A stretch of 37,923 nucleotides of DNA from a virus (lineage: Duplodnaviria > Caudoviricetes): positions 1 to 37,923 of IMG/VR virus record IMGVR_UViG_3300020045_003931; one strand, given 5' to 3'. Position 1 is the stretch's first letter; the number at the start of each line of letters is the position of its first letter. Below the pieces are notes generated by a model. That model made no database searches and had not been told where the DNA came from. It saw nothing but the letters and a program-made list of their open reading frames with translations. The translations under genes and the position numbers were made by a program. Shown one piece after another: positions 22,203 through 32,320 of the stretch.

Positions 22203-24137
22203 TTAAACGAAGTAATGACCAGAAATGCAAAGTTCCCCGGCAGCGTCGTAGGGAAGCGATGATAGTGAGGCCGTACCAGTGGCGCTTTGATATACGTAAG
22301 CGGTCGTTTCGCTCGGGCCCAATAGACAACCGTTTAAATAGCTCCCCGCCGTCAGCGCTATTGCATCTCCAGCAACGGCAAATGCGTGCAGCATTGAGGT
22401 GTTAGAGCTGGCGAAAGGCAGGCCGGCAACGCCCTGATCTCCTGTCCCGTTTCCCGTGTTCCAGATAAGATCTATCGAGAACAATACGCGGTTGCCAATC
22501 TTGGTATAACGGCCAATCTGCCGTGTGTAGGTCGCCGTCCCCGCCGTCGATGAACCCACAACAGTAGGAGTGAACGTTCCTTCCTCGTAATCATCCAAGG
22601 TGTTCGCATCCGTACTCGACACTTGCGCAGCAGGGAAGGAAATGCCAACGCCCGCCGCCGCCGGCTGTGCAGTCCCCAATGCAAGGGTATCCCGGTTGCC
22701 AAGGGCAATAAATGCACCGGCAAGCAATACCCCCGTCATCGAAAACATCGGGTTGCTTCCGTTGTCGATGAAGGTTCCCAGCAATTTCATTGCCCCGGCA
22801 TTCGCTCCATCGTCGCCAAATATGGCAGTCCCGACCGTTGCCCCGTCCGTCGCGGAGATATACCCGCCGAGCATTGTGAAGAAAATCGCCCCATCAAACC
22901 CAAATACAGGATTTGCGCGTACCGTTCCTGCGCCGCCGACCTTGACCAGAATATGACAACCGGAGAACGTGACGTAGGAATAGGACGGATATGCCGTGTC
23001 ATCATTCCAAAATAGGCGAGCGTTCGGATAATATCCCGTGCCGGAGAAGTTCCCTTCGATATGGCAATCGGTGACGGATAGATGCCCGGCTGTGATGTAG
23101 AAGTACAGTTCAGACATGCCATCAATAGAACAGTGATTGATGAATGTTGACGCAATAGCATTCGTCAGCGCAAAGCCATTTGTAGAGTTATAGAACGCGC
23201 AGTTGTTAAACGTAATTCGCTCCCCTGCGTTTGAGGCAGTCGGCTCATTAACGCAGGTTCCACATAGGAATACTTCAACATGATCGAATGAAAGAATGTA
23301 TGAATTTGCACCTATCTCGATACCTGTTCCGAAGTCGTAAATAGAGCAATCGCGCATTCCGCTATGTGCCCCGCTCGCCTGGGCGCTGTCGTAATAATAA
23401 ACTCCTGTTACCGCCCCGGAGGAACTGTTCCCTTTCAATTTCAAACCCTGAACAACACTGTAGGCATTGAAGAATGGGTTTCCGGCATAGGCCAATGTTC
23501 CGCCTCCGATGGTAATAGCAACCCCAGCGGTCAAATTCGTAAAGTCCAACAGTGCACCGTCAGATTCAATCCTGACCACTGAGGCGTCAATGCTTAGCCC
23601 GGTATTACACCGATAAATACCCGCGGGGATATGCAAAACTCCGGAAGTCCCCGTCGCCAAAATGGCATCATGAGCGGCCTGTATGAACGCGCTGTTGTTC
23701 GTTCCAGCCCCTGCGCCGTCACCGTCAGCAACCGCGCCGAAGTCCAGCACGCTTACAGCCTCGCGCATTTTGCTTTGCCCCGTCCGCGCTACCGCTCCGG
23801 ATCCTGCTTGAATAAACCCAACAATCGACGACCCGGATGAGGCTGAAAGTTCTGATTTCATCGCAACGCCTCCGATGTTGTCGCCTCCATCGGGTTGAAG
23901 CACCCCGGCCGAGTTATGCAGGACGAACTTGTAAAGCGAAGTACCTAGCCATACAGCCGCTTGCCCACGCGAATCAAGGATGACCGGATTAGCATTTGCA
24001 GTCCCGCCGCCGGAGTCCGTGTAGGTCGCCAGTGGAGTTACCGAACCAGCCGCGTATGTATACAACTTGCCCCCGGCCAGTGGGTCGCCATTGGCGTCGA
24101 AAAATTGCATGCGGGGACTCGGGGTAAGCGTTGCCAT
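22203..24137 (-). CDS. Tailspike / receptor-binding protein with pectate-lyase-like beta-helix
   Basis: N-terminal particle-binding domain (FFDANGDPLAGGKLYTYAAG...NPVILDSRG), SVLDFGAVADG beta-helix start, C-terminal LDDYEEGTFTP domain. Confidence 0.88.
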   Translation of the reverse strand: MATLTPSPRMQFFDANGDPLAGGKLYTYAAGSVTPLATYTDSGGGTANANPVILDSRGQAAVWLGTSLYKFVLHNSAGVLQPDGGDNIGGVAMKSELSASSGSSIVGFIQAGSGAVARTGQSKMREAVSVLDFGAVADGDGAGAGTNNSAFIQAAHDAILATGTSGVLHIPAGIYRCNTGLSIDASVVRIESDGALLDFTNLTAGVAITIGGGTLAYAGNPFFNAYSVVQGLKLKGNSSSGAVTGVYYYDSAQASGAHSGMRDCSIYDFGTGIEIGANSYILSFDHVEVFLCGTCVNEPTASNAGERITFNNCAFYNSTNGFALTNAIASTFINHCSIDGMSELYFYITAGHLSVTDCHIEGNFSGTGYYPNARLFWNDDTAYPSYSYVTFSGCHILVKVGGAGTVRANPVFGFDGAIFFTMLGGYISATDGATVGTAIFGDDGANAGAMKLLGTFIDNGSNPMFSMTGVLLAGAFIALGNRDTLALGTAQPAAAGVGISFPAAQVSSTDANTLDDYEEGTFTPTVVGSSTAGTATYTRQIGRYTKIGNRVLFSIDLIWNTGNGTGDQGVAGLPFASSNTSMLHAFAVAGDAIALTAGSYLNGCLLGPSETTAYVYQSATGTASLSSLPYDAAGELCISGHYFV

Positions 24138-24185
24138 AGTGGCTCCTTCAGTGGGATTGTGTCGCCATCGCGGCGAGGATGTTGG

Positions 24186-25763
24186 TTATTTGGCTAGTGC
24201 GTTTTTCGGTGCTACTTTCCCTAGCAATCTGTTTTGAACGCCTTGCGACAAGAGGTAATCTCGAACTGCTGGCGGTACGACTACGGACGCCGCCCCCCCT
24301 GCTGCGGCACCAAGGGGGCCACCAAGCACCGCACCTACGCCGCCGCCTACCCCGGCCCCGCTCAATGTACGAAGGTTGTGAACCCCAGGCCCAGCAACCT
24401 GGCCGGGGCGCTGATTCGCCTTCTCAAAGGTGTTAGCGAACCTGGCAATCGTTTCCAGGTCACCAGAAAGCGGCGCGCCGCCCTGAAGTTGACGCGCCAG
24501 CGCCTTTGGATCAATGGTGCCAGATCCTTCGCGGATTGCCTCTTCGACGCTATGCGACTTCGCCATCAACTCGCGGGCATCTCGGAAGTTTTTGAGAACA
24601 TCCTTCGCTGAAGAGCCTCCCGCCGCAAGGTTGCGCTCTATCTGATCCTCGATCGCCTTCGATGCCGCGCGCTGGGCAGAAGCCAGCCCCTTATCGCCAG
24701 AGGTGAAAGACTTGCTCGCCTCATCCCGCAAGATTTGCGACATCTTGATTGCGTCGCCAGGGCCGAATTCCTTGACTCGCAACGTGTCGATCATCTGTCC
24801 AACGTCGTTGCGCACGGCGGCAGGGAATGAATTTGCCGCCCCCGTGTATTTGTCGGCGATTGCGCCTAGCGCATTGCTGAATTCACCGTCTGTCGCCATC
24901 CTGCCAAGTGATGCAATAGGGGAATACCCTTTCTGGTAGGCGTCGGCCCGCACCTGTTTCGTGGCCGCCGTGGTAAGCGGCGTCCCTTCTGGTAGGCCAA
25001 TAGCCCGGCGCGCGAGGGTTTCTGTCACAGCCTGGTTGATGTTCGACGCTTCCTGAGCGGTCGCGATCTTCCCCGGAATGCTTTCAGCCAGCCGGTTCGA
25101 AAACGTCGGATTGACAGAGCTTGGAGGGACGACATACCCCGCTTCCCGAGCGCGGGCCAGAGTATCGAATGCTTCTTGGTTGAGCGTCGTTCCTTTCGGC
25201 TTCAACGCAGCACCGACAGATTTTAATGCGCCGACTTCTGGGCTTCCAGCAACCGCAGCCGGAATCGTCTGCATTAGCGGAATCTGCTGTGCCGCGGCCC
25301 GCGCGATCTGCGGCAATTCCTGCCCGGACATCGGCAGCCCGGCCAACTTGCTTGCATCGAATGCACGGGCGAGCGATTGCAAGTTTTCCTGGCCGCCTTG
25401 GCTGCGCGGCTGGTATGTCATTGCGCCGCTCACGGCATGCGCCGTTTTCTCTGCGGTTCCTTTACCGAAATCTCCAGTAAGCAATTCCTTGCCGGCACCG
25501 ATGATATTGCCAATCGGCTGCGCGATGGCCCCGGTTGCAAGCGTAAGGGCAGGCTCAAGGATGGAATCGAATCCTTCCCTGATGGTGCCAAGGATGCCTT
25601 TTTGCTGCGGCGTAGCGCCTCTACCGCCATCCAGTGCCGCAACCGCCTTGCCGAATTCTTGGCTTGCCCGCGCGGATACCGATTCCGGTGTCACATCGTC
25701 CGGAGCATTCTGGTAGACGTGCTTTGAGCCGTCGCCAAAAGTGACTGTGATATTGCGCGGCAT
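24186..25763 (-). CDS. DNA ejection (internal virion) protein
   Basis: Ala/Gly-rich helical protein in the P22 gp16-like position. Confidence 0.7.
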   Translation of the reverse strand: MPRNITVTFGDGSKHVYQNAPDDVTPESVSARASQEFGKAVAALDGGRGATPQQKGILGTIREGFDSILEPALTLATGAIAQPIGNIIGAGKELLTGDFGKGTAEKTAHAVSGAMTYQPRSQGGQENLQSLARAFDASKLAGLPMSGQELPQIARAAAQQIPLMQTIPAAVAGSPEVGALKSVGAALKPKGTTLNQEAFDTLARAREAGYVVPPSSVNPTFSNRLAESIPGKIATAQEASNINQAVTETLARRAIGLPEGTPLTTAATKQVRADAYQKGYSPIASLGRMATDGEFSNALGAIADKYTGAANSFPAAVRNDVGQMIDTLRVKEFGPGDAIKMSQILRDEASKSFTSGDKGLASAQRAASKAIEDQIERNLAAGGSSAKDVLKNFRDARELMAKSHSVEEAIREGSGTIDPKALARQLQGGAPLSGDLETIARFANTFEKANQRPGQVAGPGVHNLRTLSGAGVGGGVGAVLGGPLGAAAGGAASVVVPPAVRDYLLSQGVQNRLLGKVAPKNALAK

Positions 25764-26995
25764 TACCAGTTGCTCACGGTAGGTTTTTGGTCTGATTCTG
25801 GCTTCTGCGTTCCAGAACCGGAGCCTGATTTTTTGACGGCATTTTTCCAGTTCTCGTAATGCGTCTTTACCGCCTTCAGGTTCTTGATCTGCTGAGCTTC
25901 GCTTTGACCAACGTCAAGCGATGCAAGAACAGATTGCAAAAAGTCCAATTCTCGAACGGCCACCTGTCCAAGGGCGCCTCCAGTAGGCGAAGACTCGCGC
26001 ATGGCCTGCAATTCTTGAAATCCGATATTCGCTTTGATCGTGTCGATTGTGCGGTCAAGATCGTAGGCATTCGTGCCCGGTACGTTGCTCAGCGCCTTGC
26101 CGGTAAAGCCGGAGGTGAGGAATCCTGTCCCTTTCAGCGCTTCGTCTACTTTTCCAATCACGATTTCAGCCTTATTGACGCCGCTTTCCAGTTGCTTTTC
26201 CCGCTTTACAGCCTCAGCGCCGGATTTTGCGTCTGCGGGTCCGCCTGGAATGGCTTCCAGCGCTCCATCGGCTTTTTGTCGGTATCCTGGCGGAATCTTC
26301 CCTTGTGCCTGGGTTTCCCGCGCACGAGCATCGGCCATATCCTGCCCGCGGCGAGCAGTTTTGGCGGATAGCAGGGCGTCAGGTGTGGCGACCTTCTGGA
26401 AGGCTTGCCCTTGACTGAATTGCCCCGTCAGAGGATCGACCGATCCAGTGACCACCGAGCCGCCTTGATCAAAATGCTGAAACTTGGGTAAATACTCATT
26501 GGCTTTGAGCTTGTGCCCTACGGCCCACTTCCTGATTTTCTCCGGATCGCCCTGCATTTTGTCGATACTGTCCAAGTCTGCGGCGACATCTGCTCCGGTC
26601 GTTTGGGAAAATTTCGCCAATGCCGATTTAGCGTTTTCCGGAGTTGGGTTGACCATGACGTGACTAGAAAGCCCATCCATCAGTTCCAAGGCCGTCTTTG
26701 CCTGCGTCAGCTTCGCCGTCCGCTGCTCCTGCTGCATCTTCGACAGTTCCATTCCCAGCTTGGGGTTGATCCGCGATACCTGCTGGGTATAGTCCGGCGC
26801 AGCCGAATTGAGCCCGCGCAGGGCGTTCCTGTCGGACTGTTCCTGTTGTGCGTTTTGGAGTTGAAGATCTGCAAGCTTGTTTGCCCGCAACGCCTGAGTA
26901 TCTGCAAGAGCATTTTGTTGCCCTTGATAGAAGCTGTTCGCCACCTTCCCAGGCATTGATGGATCGATGATGCCCCAGTTGATTTCGCCAGCCAT
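25763..26995 (-). CDS. DNA ejection (internal virion) protein
   Basis: Gln/Ala-rich; SPTGGALGQVAVRE motif; gp20-like position. Confidence 0.7.
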   Translation of the reverse strand: MAGEINWGIIDPSMPGKVANSFYQGQQNALADTQALRANKLADLQLQNAQQEQSDRNALRGLNSAAPDYTQQVSRINPKLGMELSKMQQEQRTAKLTQAKTALELMDGLSSHVMVNPTPENAKSALAKFSQTTGADVAADLDSIDKMQGDPEKIRKWAVGHKLKANEYLPKFQHFDQGGSVVTGSVDPLTGQFSQGQAFQKVATPDALLSAKTARRGQDMADARARETQAQGKIPPGYRQKADGALEAIPGGPADAKSGAEAVKREKQLESGVNKAEIVIGKVDEALKGTGFLTSGFTGKALSNVPGTNAYDLDRTIDTIKANIGFQELQAMRESSPTGGALGQVAVRELDFLQSVLASLDVGQSEAQQIKNLKAVKTHYENWKNAVKKSGSGSGTQKPESDQKPTVSNW

Positions 26996-26996
26996 G

Positions 26997-27890
26997 TTAG
27001 TCTCCGTATCCCCAGCCCTGCGCATATTGCTGGTCAAGTAAATCCGGGACGTATGCTCCGCTCACGTAGCCGCCCGTCGATCCGCCGCCTAATTCGCCCC
27101 AATTCACCCGCCCAAGCGCGTTGCCAATGCCTTGATAAGCAGATGCCCTCCCCTGCCCTCCAATGAGTTGAGCGGTGGCCGCGTTACCGCCTGCCGTCAT
27201 AGCGTAGTTGCCAACGTTTCCTGCGTAATTCTGCCCCGCTTGTCCAAGCGCATTTGTTGCGGTCTGCCCAATCCCGGCGAGACTTTGCAAAGGCTGAAGT
27301 TTGTTCGACCGGTTCGTCTGGAATCGGTTGAAGGCATTTCCATATTCGTTGCTGGCGTAGTCCTGGCCGTAGCGGCTGATGCCCTTGAGCGCCCCTCCAG
27401 AGAGCAAGCCGCCCCTGGCGGCAGAAGATCGATCAAGTGCTTTTAGCCCCTCGGAAAGCCTGAATTGATATCCGGGGTCTTGCTGAAAATCGGACATGCC
27501 GAAGTCGCGCATGTATTCACCGCCTGGCGCGGTGCCCTGCGTCAGTTGAGCCAGCGCATTGACTCCAGCCGTCCGCCATGGCGCAGAATCCGTTCGCTGC
27601 TGCTCGAATATCTGCCTTTGGATGTCCGCAGCGTAATTGCTGGCATTCGCCGATGTTTGCGCGGCTTGCGTTGCCGCATCCGCCTGTGCGCCGGCAGCGC
27701 CAAGCGACCCCCCAATTGATGCTCCAATAGACGCTCCGGCCGGCCCGCCAACAAGAAATCCTCCGACACCACCAACAATGGTCCCGAGGTCGCGTCTTTC
27801 GCCATAGGCCGGCCCTCCGAACGGATCGCCAATGGGGAATTCTGCGCTCAGTACGCGAGCGTTACTTCTCGTCGTCTGGAATGAGAACAT
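26997..27890 (-). CDS. DNA ejection protein, gp7-like
   Basis: DPGYQFRL.EG.KAL..SAARGGLLSG motif; Gly/Ala-rich. Confidence 0.75.
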   Translation of the reverse strand: MFSFQTTRSNARVLSAEFPIGDPFGGPAYGERRDLGTIVGGVGGFLVGGPAGASIGASIGGSLGAAGAQADAATQAAQTSANASNYAADIQRQIFEQQRTDSAPWRTAGVNALAQLTQGTAPGGEYMRDFGMSDFQQDPGYQFRLSEGLKALDRSSAARGGLLSGGALKGISRYGQDYASNEYGNAFNRFQTNRSNKLQPLQSLAGIGQTATNALGQAGQNYAGNVGNYAMTAGGNAATAQLIGGQGRASAYQGIGNALGRVNWGELGGGSTGGYVSGAYVPDLLDQQYAQGWGYGD

Positions 27891-28230
27891 AGTGCTTTAC
27901 TCCGTGAGCCTCATTGGTAAACACGAACCCAAGACGTCGTGCAAGCACGCTTCCATGATGGAAATCCGCGCCAACTGTCGTTTTCGTGATGCCGAGTTTT
28001 TTGATTGCCCAGCGCATTCGGGGAATTCCAACGTGCGCGCCACCATATGCGGCTATGTGTCCGATTCCATCCCTGCACACAATTACCGCGACCGGCGTAG
28101 AGTCTTCAAGCCTCCATATTGACCAATCTCGAAGAGCCTTGGCCACATGGTCAAATGGAGCATTCAACCGTCCATAGTGCCTATCATACAGCACTTGTAG
28201 ATCGGACAAACCCCCCGGATTCAGAATCAT
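27862..28230 (-). CDS. Virion morphogenesis protein (GNAT-like, P22 gp14 position)
   Basis: LARRLGFVF..E motif and gene position. Confidence 0.5.
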   Translation of the reverse strand: MILNPGGLSDLQVLYDRHYGRLNAPFDHVAKALRDWSIWRLEDSTPVAVIVCRDGIGHIAAYGGAHVGIPRMRWAIKKLGITKTTVGADFHHGSVLARRLGFVFTNEAHGVKHYVLIPDDEK

Positions 28231-28598
28231 GCCAGCCCAATCTCGCCCTCTCCTTGAATGCTGAGCGACGTTCCCGCACTCGCACCGCCAACAAGGAAGT
28301 CGGCGGCATCGAAGCGCATCTGTCCATACCAGTCATAAACGTCATTGGCGGGGATGCTTTTGCCAATTCCGACCACTTCTGTCCCCGCCGCGTTGGCTCC
28401 CGTTGCGCCTTTCCATAAGGAGAAGGTCACGGCACTCGTGGTCTTATTCACTATCCGAATATGACGAATAATGATGTATGGCTGCGTCGCCGTGAAGCCG
28501 ACCGGGCCGGCGAGCGAGGTCACATTGCAGTTGAGGATGTTCGTCGTGAGCGTGTTGCTCATGGCGACCGGGCCGAAGTTGAATAATTTATTTTGCAT
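28227..28598 (-). CDS. Putative structural protein
   Basis: Beta-rich small protein in the tail region. Confidence 0.65.
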   Translation of the reverse strand: MQNKLFNFGPVAMSNTLTTNILNCNVTSLAGPVGFTATQPYIIIRHIRIVNKTTSAVTFSLWKGATGANAAGTEVVGIGKSIPANDVYDWYGQMRFDAADFLVGGASAGTSLSIQGEGEIGLA

Positions 28599-28600
28599 GG

Positions 28601-28768
28601 TTATTCCTTGGGTGTCTTTAGTGCTTCCAACTCTTGATGAACAACGGTCAATTGCTGCTCCAACCTTGTACTCTGTGCGTAAAACGTCGCGGCTTCATTG
28701 GCAAAAGCATTGCGCTGATTCATCAGTGCGTTCACAAATGCCTGCTGTTCAAAATCAAAGGGGTTCAT
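28601..28768 (-). CDS. Small coiled-coil protein, not in ORF track
   Basis: Manual translation MNPFDFEQQAFVNALMNQRNAFANEAA...; RBS AAGGA. Confidence 0.6.
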   Translation of the reverse strand: MNPFDFEQQAFVNALMNQRNAFANEAATFYAQSTRLEQQLTVVHQELEALKTPKE

Positions 28769-28776
28769 GCCTATCC

Positions 28777-30177
28777 TTAAGAGATCGCAGTGACAATGCC
28801 GTTCTTGACGGTGATTGACGCCACGGCAGCGGGGCCGAATGAAGCCACGCCAGACGTGCCTCCCGCCTTATAAAGGCCGGAAACATCAGCATCGCCCGTA
28901 ACCGAAAAACCGTTAAGCGCGCTAAGGGATCCGGTTGTTTCAAATCTACCCACCTCTACGCCGTTAATTCCAAAGCGCAAAGGGAATGAGCCGCTGCCCG
29001 ACGAGATTTGAGACAGGTTTAACCGCGAGTACAGGTTGTTGAAATTTACATCTCCCGCCGTGATTGGATCAGATCCGATATCAATTGAACCAAATCCGCT
29101 AGCAATGCTGCCTGCATTCAACGCCCCAACCGTAACTACGCTGCTCGATCCTGCTGCCGGGGCGTAGGCTGTCGATGCGGTATAGGCTGCCGAACCGAAC
29201 GCCCCCGTAGTGTTCCCGGTTTCCATCCCGCCGATAAATGGGGCGGTGACGATCAAAATCGAGCCATTTCCAACCCCCGAAACCAGCACCGTACCGATGC
29301 GTTGCACGAGGTTGGGACTCGTCGCCCGCGTGGTCTGGAATGCGCCGGCGGCACTGGTGCTGACCCACAAGGTCGCCCCTGTCGAATATGCCGATGTGTC
29401 GATGGACGAGAGAACTCCATTGTGCATCACCTGCCCGAAAGCATTGTTTGCAATGTCATCCAATGCCACGCCGACAGCCGGCAACGTAGTCAGGGAATTG
29501 GCTCGTGCCAATCCGATGTTAGGCACATTCCCTGTTGAGCCGGTGACATAGACCGGCTGGCCCTTGCTGATCGCCCCGCCAGACGTGTTCTTGGCGATGA
29601 ATGCCGTATCGCGGCCCAGGATAAGGTTGGTGGTCGCCTCGTTATCTTGTTCAAACCTGGTAAATCCCTGCGTCGTGAATGCATGGAATCTTGCCGTACC
29701 AGCCGGTGGGGCAGGAGGATTCGCCCCTTGCGCGGAAAAATCCATATACTTGGTAATTTGTCCGACGGTATTCCATGTCGAATTACCGGAACTCCCTGGA
29801 GGGCACATTCCAGAATCTTCCCCATCCTGCCCATCAAGGCCGGGGATACCAACCCCCGCCACCCCTTGCGCCCCCATCGGGCCAGGAACTCCCCGCTCGC
29901 CATCTTCTCCTTGGTCTCCGTCAAGCCCCGGAATGCTGCCCCCAGGGATTCCTTGCTGACCTTGTTGGCCTGGAACGCCTCGCTCGCCGTCCTCGCCATC
30001 GTTCCCGTCAAGACCCGGGATAACGCGTAGACCTCCTTCAAGCGCGGTTGCTGTCGTAACCACGGCCATGAATTGGTCGAATAGAAAGCGATACCACTCA
30101 CGCGAGATTTCTCCCGTCCGCGGATCGGTCAGCGGAACCCGTGGGGGGATGATTTGCAGGCTAGGCATGTGTGCCAC
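28777..30177 (-). CDS. Tail/needle-type structural protein with collagen-like repeats
   Basis: PPRVPLTDPRTGEISREWYRF N-terminus; three IPGLDG..GEDG Gly-X-Y blocks. Confidence 0.75.
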   Translation of the reverse strand: MAHMPSLQIIPPRVPLTDPRTGEISREWYRFLFDQFMAVVTTATALEGGLRVIPGLDGNDGEDGERGVPGQQGQQGIPGGSIPGLDGDQGEDGERGVPGPMGAQGVAGVGIPGLDGQDGEDSGMCPPGSSGNSTWNTVGQITKYMDFSAQGANPPAPPAGTARFHAFTTQGFTRFEQDNEATTNLILGRDTAFIAKNTSGGAISKGQPVYVTGSTGNVPNIGLARANSLTTLPAVGVALDDIANNAFGQVMHNGVLSSIDTSAYSTGATLWVSTSAAGAFQTTRATSPNLVQRIGTVLVSGVGNGSILIVTAPFIGGMETGNTTGAFGSAAYTASTAYAPAAGSSSVVTVGALNAGSIASGFGSIDIGSDPITAGDVNFNNLYSRLNLSQISSGSGSFPLRFGINGVEVGRFETTGSLSALNGFSVTGDADVSGLYKAGGTSGVASFGPAAVASITVKNGIVTAIS

Positions 30178-31603
30178 TCGAATCCAGTTCGGCGCCGGTG
30201 ATGACCACTTTCACCGGGTCAGTGCCCGAAATCTCATACACGCGATCTCGAAGTTTCTCAGTCATTCCAAGGCGCCGCCAAATGACCCGCTGGCCAGTTT
30301 CCCCGATCATCCCCATGGATCGAGGATGCTCGTTGCTCCATGTATGGCCACCATCATCTGACCAGCGAAGAATTACCTGTGGATCGTGTCCCTGAACCGT
30401 AGCCAATCCATCAAGACCGACGCCAGACTCACAATCGAGTTGCAGTGAATGATGCGCGGTACGCTTTAGGTTGTTCTGCCCGGTCGGAAGCGCGCGCCAT
30501 GACCTCAACCACTTCTGGATTGCCCCATTATCGCTGTATGTGCCTAGATCGAGCGCATATAGGTTTCCGTTTTCGTAATCCCCAACAACTAGCTCACCGC
30601 TGAAATTCATTTGGCAATTCGGCTTCCAGCGAGTAAATGCGCCACCGGCGAACCCGGCGCGCTCGTGCCATTTCCCGGTCGAAACATCGAATGCCCAGCA
30701 CTTCCCCTCCGTCGGAAAAATCAGCACGTAAAAAGCGTGCCCCTCTTGCTGATACGTGAATGCAATCGCATCGCTCGTCGTGCTGTAGTTCTGAATGGCG
30801 AATTCGACGGCATGCGTAGAAATGCGGACTCCTGTGTAGCCGTTGGCCCGATAGACAATTCCACTTCCGCGCGCATCAGAGCCCAGCCAGAAGAGAGAAT
30901 TGTCGAGCTTGGCAACGCTGTAGGCTGCCTGGCAGCCGATCTCAAGGAATGCCCCTTGAATGCGGGCCAGGGGGAAATCGGCAGCTCCGGAGTCATACCA
31001 GACTTCGGTTGAGTTCGTCCCGAATAGCCAAACCTCGCGATGGTCGATCGCCAGAGAAACGAGGCCATCCGGAGACCCTTCCGCGCTGGCGAATTCCAGC
31101 GGGTCAATTGCTGTGCCATCCAGCAAGCTGGTGATCCAGACTTTTTGAGAATCCGGCTCGTTGAATACGAAATATCCGTCGAGGTAGCCAACCGTCACCG
31201 CGCCCGGAAAATCGGCGTCAGTGATCTGCGCCAAGACTCCCGTCGAGGCGTTATAAATGAATCCATCAGGGTTGCAGGCAATGAAAAGTTGCGTTCCATT
31301 GTCGGCCATCGACACCGGGCCGGTTCCGCTGACCGACCCCAGCAAGGTGCTATTCCATGTCGAAGTCACCCGGTAAAGCTCAATTCCAGACACTACGTAT
31401 CCATGGCCGCCGAACTGCCAAGCCCCACGGATTGGCCCAATGCCGACGGTAGCAAGCAGTCTCAACCCTGGGCAGCGGTTTAGGAACGCCGGCATCTTGC
31501 CTCCCTCTGGAACGGCCTCGGGGAAGAGGTTAACGCAACGGTCGTTCGCCGCGTTGATCGATCTGGCGACGTAAGCCGCGCCCAAGATGGGGGTATGGGC
31601 CAT
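30161..31603 (-). CDS. Packaged-DNA stabilisation / tail hub protein (P22 gp10-like)
   Basis: FASAEGSPD, LRWSDDGGHTW, WRRLG..RDRV motifs. Confidence 0.88.
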   Translation of the reverse strand: MAHTPILGAAYVARSINAANDRCVNLFPEAVPEGGKMPAFLNRCPGLRLLATVGIGPIRGAWQFGGHGYVVSGIELYRVTSTWNSTLLGSVSGTGPVSMADNGTQLFIACNPDGFIYNASTGVLAQITDADFPGAVTVGYLDGYFVFNEPDSQKVWITSLLDGTAIDPLEFASAEGSPDGLVSLAIDHREVWLFGTNSTEVWYDSGAADFPLARIQGAFLEIGCQAAYSVAKLDNSLFWLGSDARGSGIVYRANGYTGVRISTHAVEFAIQNYSTTSDAIAFTYQQEGHAFYVLIFPTEGKCWAFDVSTGKWHERAGFAGGAFTRWKPNCQMNFSGELVVGDYENGNLYALDLGTYSDNGAIQKWLRSWRALPTGQNNLKRTAHHSLQLDCESGVGLDGLATVQGHDPQVILRWSDDGGHTWSNEHPRSMGMIGETGQRVIWRRLGMTEKLRDRVYEISGTDPVKVVITGAELDSSGTHA

Positions 31604-32320
31604 TTATCCCGTAGTCCCCGAGAAAATATTGAAGCGCCCGATGCGCCCCACCATCGACGACGGAATCGCCATTACATCGCCCGGATTGTTGATCCGCTTG
31701 ATGTCCCGCTTCGAGGCCATTGCAAGGCGTTGCACGGTCGGAGGCGGCTCTACGCCAAACTCGGCCGCGATCTCGCACGCCAGGTTGAACTTGAACGCGC
31801 GACGATAGCCAGGAGGTAGCACAAGGCTGGTGGCCAGTACCGCCGGTTGGCTAAGTTCCGTTACGCTGACGAAATGGAATTCCAGATCCTTCGTCGGCAC
31901 GGGATAGACCTTCATGGTCGCGTCCGGCACGTCCATGTTGACCCACAGCAGCTTTGGGTAGGTGCTGGTGACCGTTTTCAGGGCAATGCCGTTGTATTGC
32001 TGCTGGTTAATGAGCATCAGACCAAACGACAGGCCCGAATCTGTATCCCTGAAATAGGTAGATGCGTCGAGCTCAACTGGTCGATTGCCGACAAAATCAC
32101 CCGTCGGCCCGATGGTACGGGATGCCGTATTCGCCGGCCAGGTAAAAACCTGATCCTGCGTAGAGAAAACCGCCAGCCGTTCGATTGACCAGCTATCAAG
32201 CATCGTATTCAGCGCTTCGAGCGCGTCCGCAGACGTTTCAGCAGACGGCGTTTCACCCTCGGCAAGCTGGCCGATTAGCCGAAGTGCTGCGTTGATTTCG
32301 TCACCGGCACTAGTTGACAT
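31604..32320 (-). CDS. Head-to-tail adaptor (P22 gp4-like)
   Basis: ALRLIGQLAEGETP...DALEALNTMLDSW; FNLACEIAAEFG. Confidence 0.8.
   Translation of the reverse strand: MSTSAGDEINAALRLIGQLAEGETPSAETSADALEALNTMLDSWSIERLAVFSTQDQVFTWPANTASRTIGPTGDFVGNRPVELDASTYFRDTDSGLSFGLMLINQQQYNGIALKTVTSTYPKLLWVNMDVPDATMKVYPVPTKDLEFHFVSVTELSQPAVLATSLVLPPGYRRAFKFNLACEIAAEFGVEPPPTVQRLAMASKRDIKRINNPGDVMAIPSSMVGRIGRFNIFSGTTG

Noticed and set aside
22203-24137. Diversity-generating retroelement or invertible tail-fibre system
   Set aside because: No reverse transcriptase, no template/variable repeat pair and no invertase were seen.
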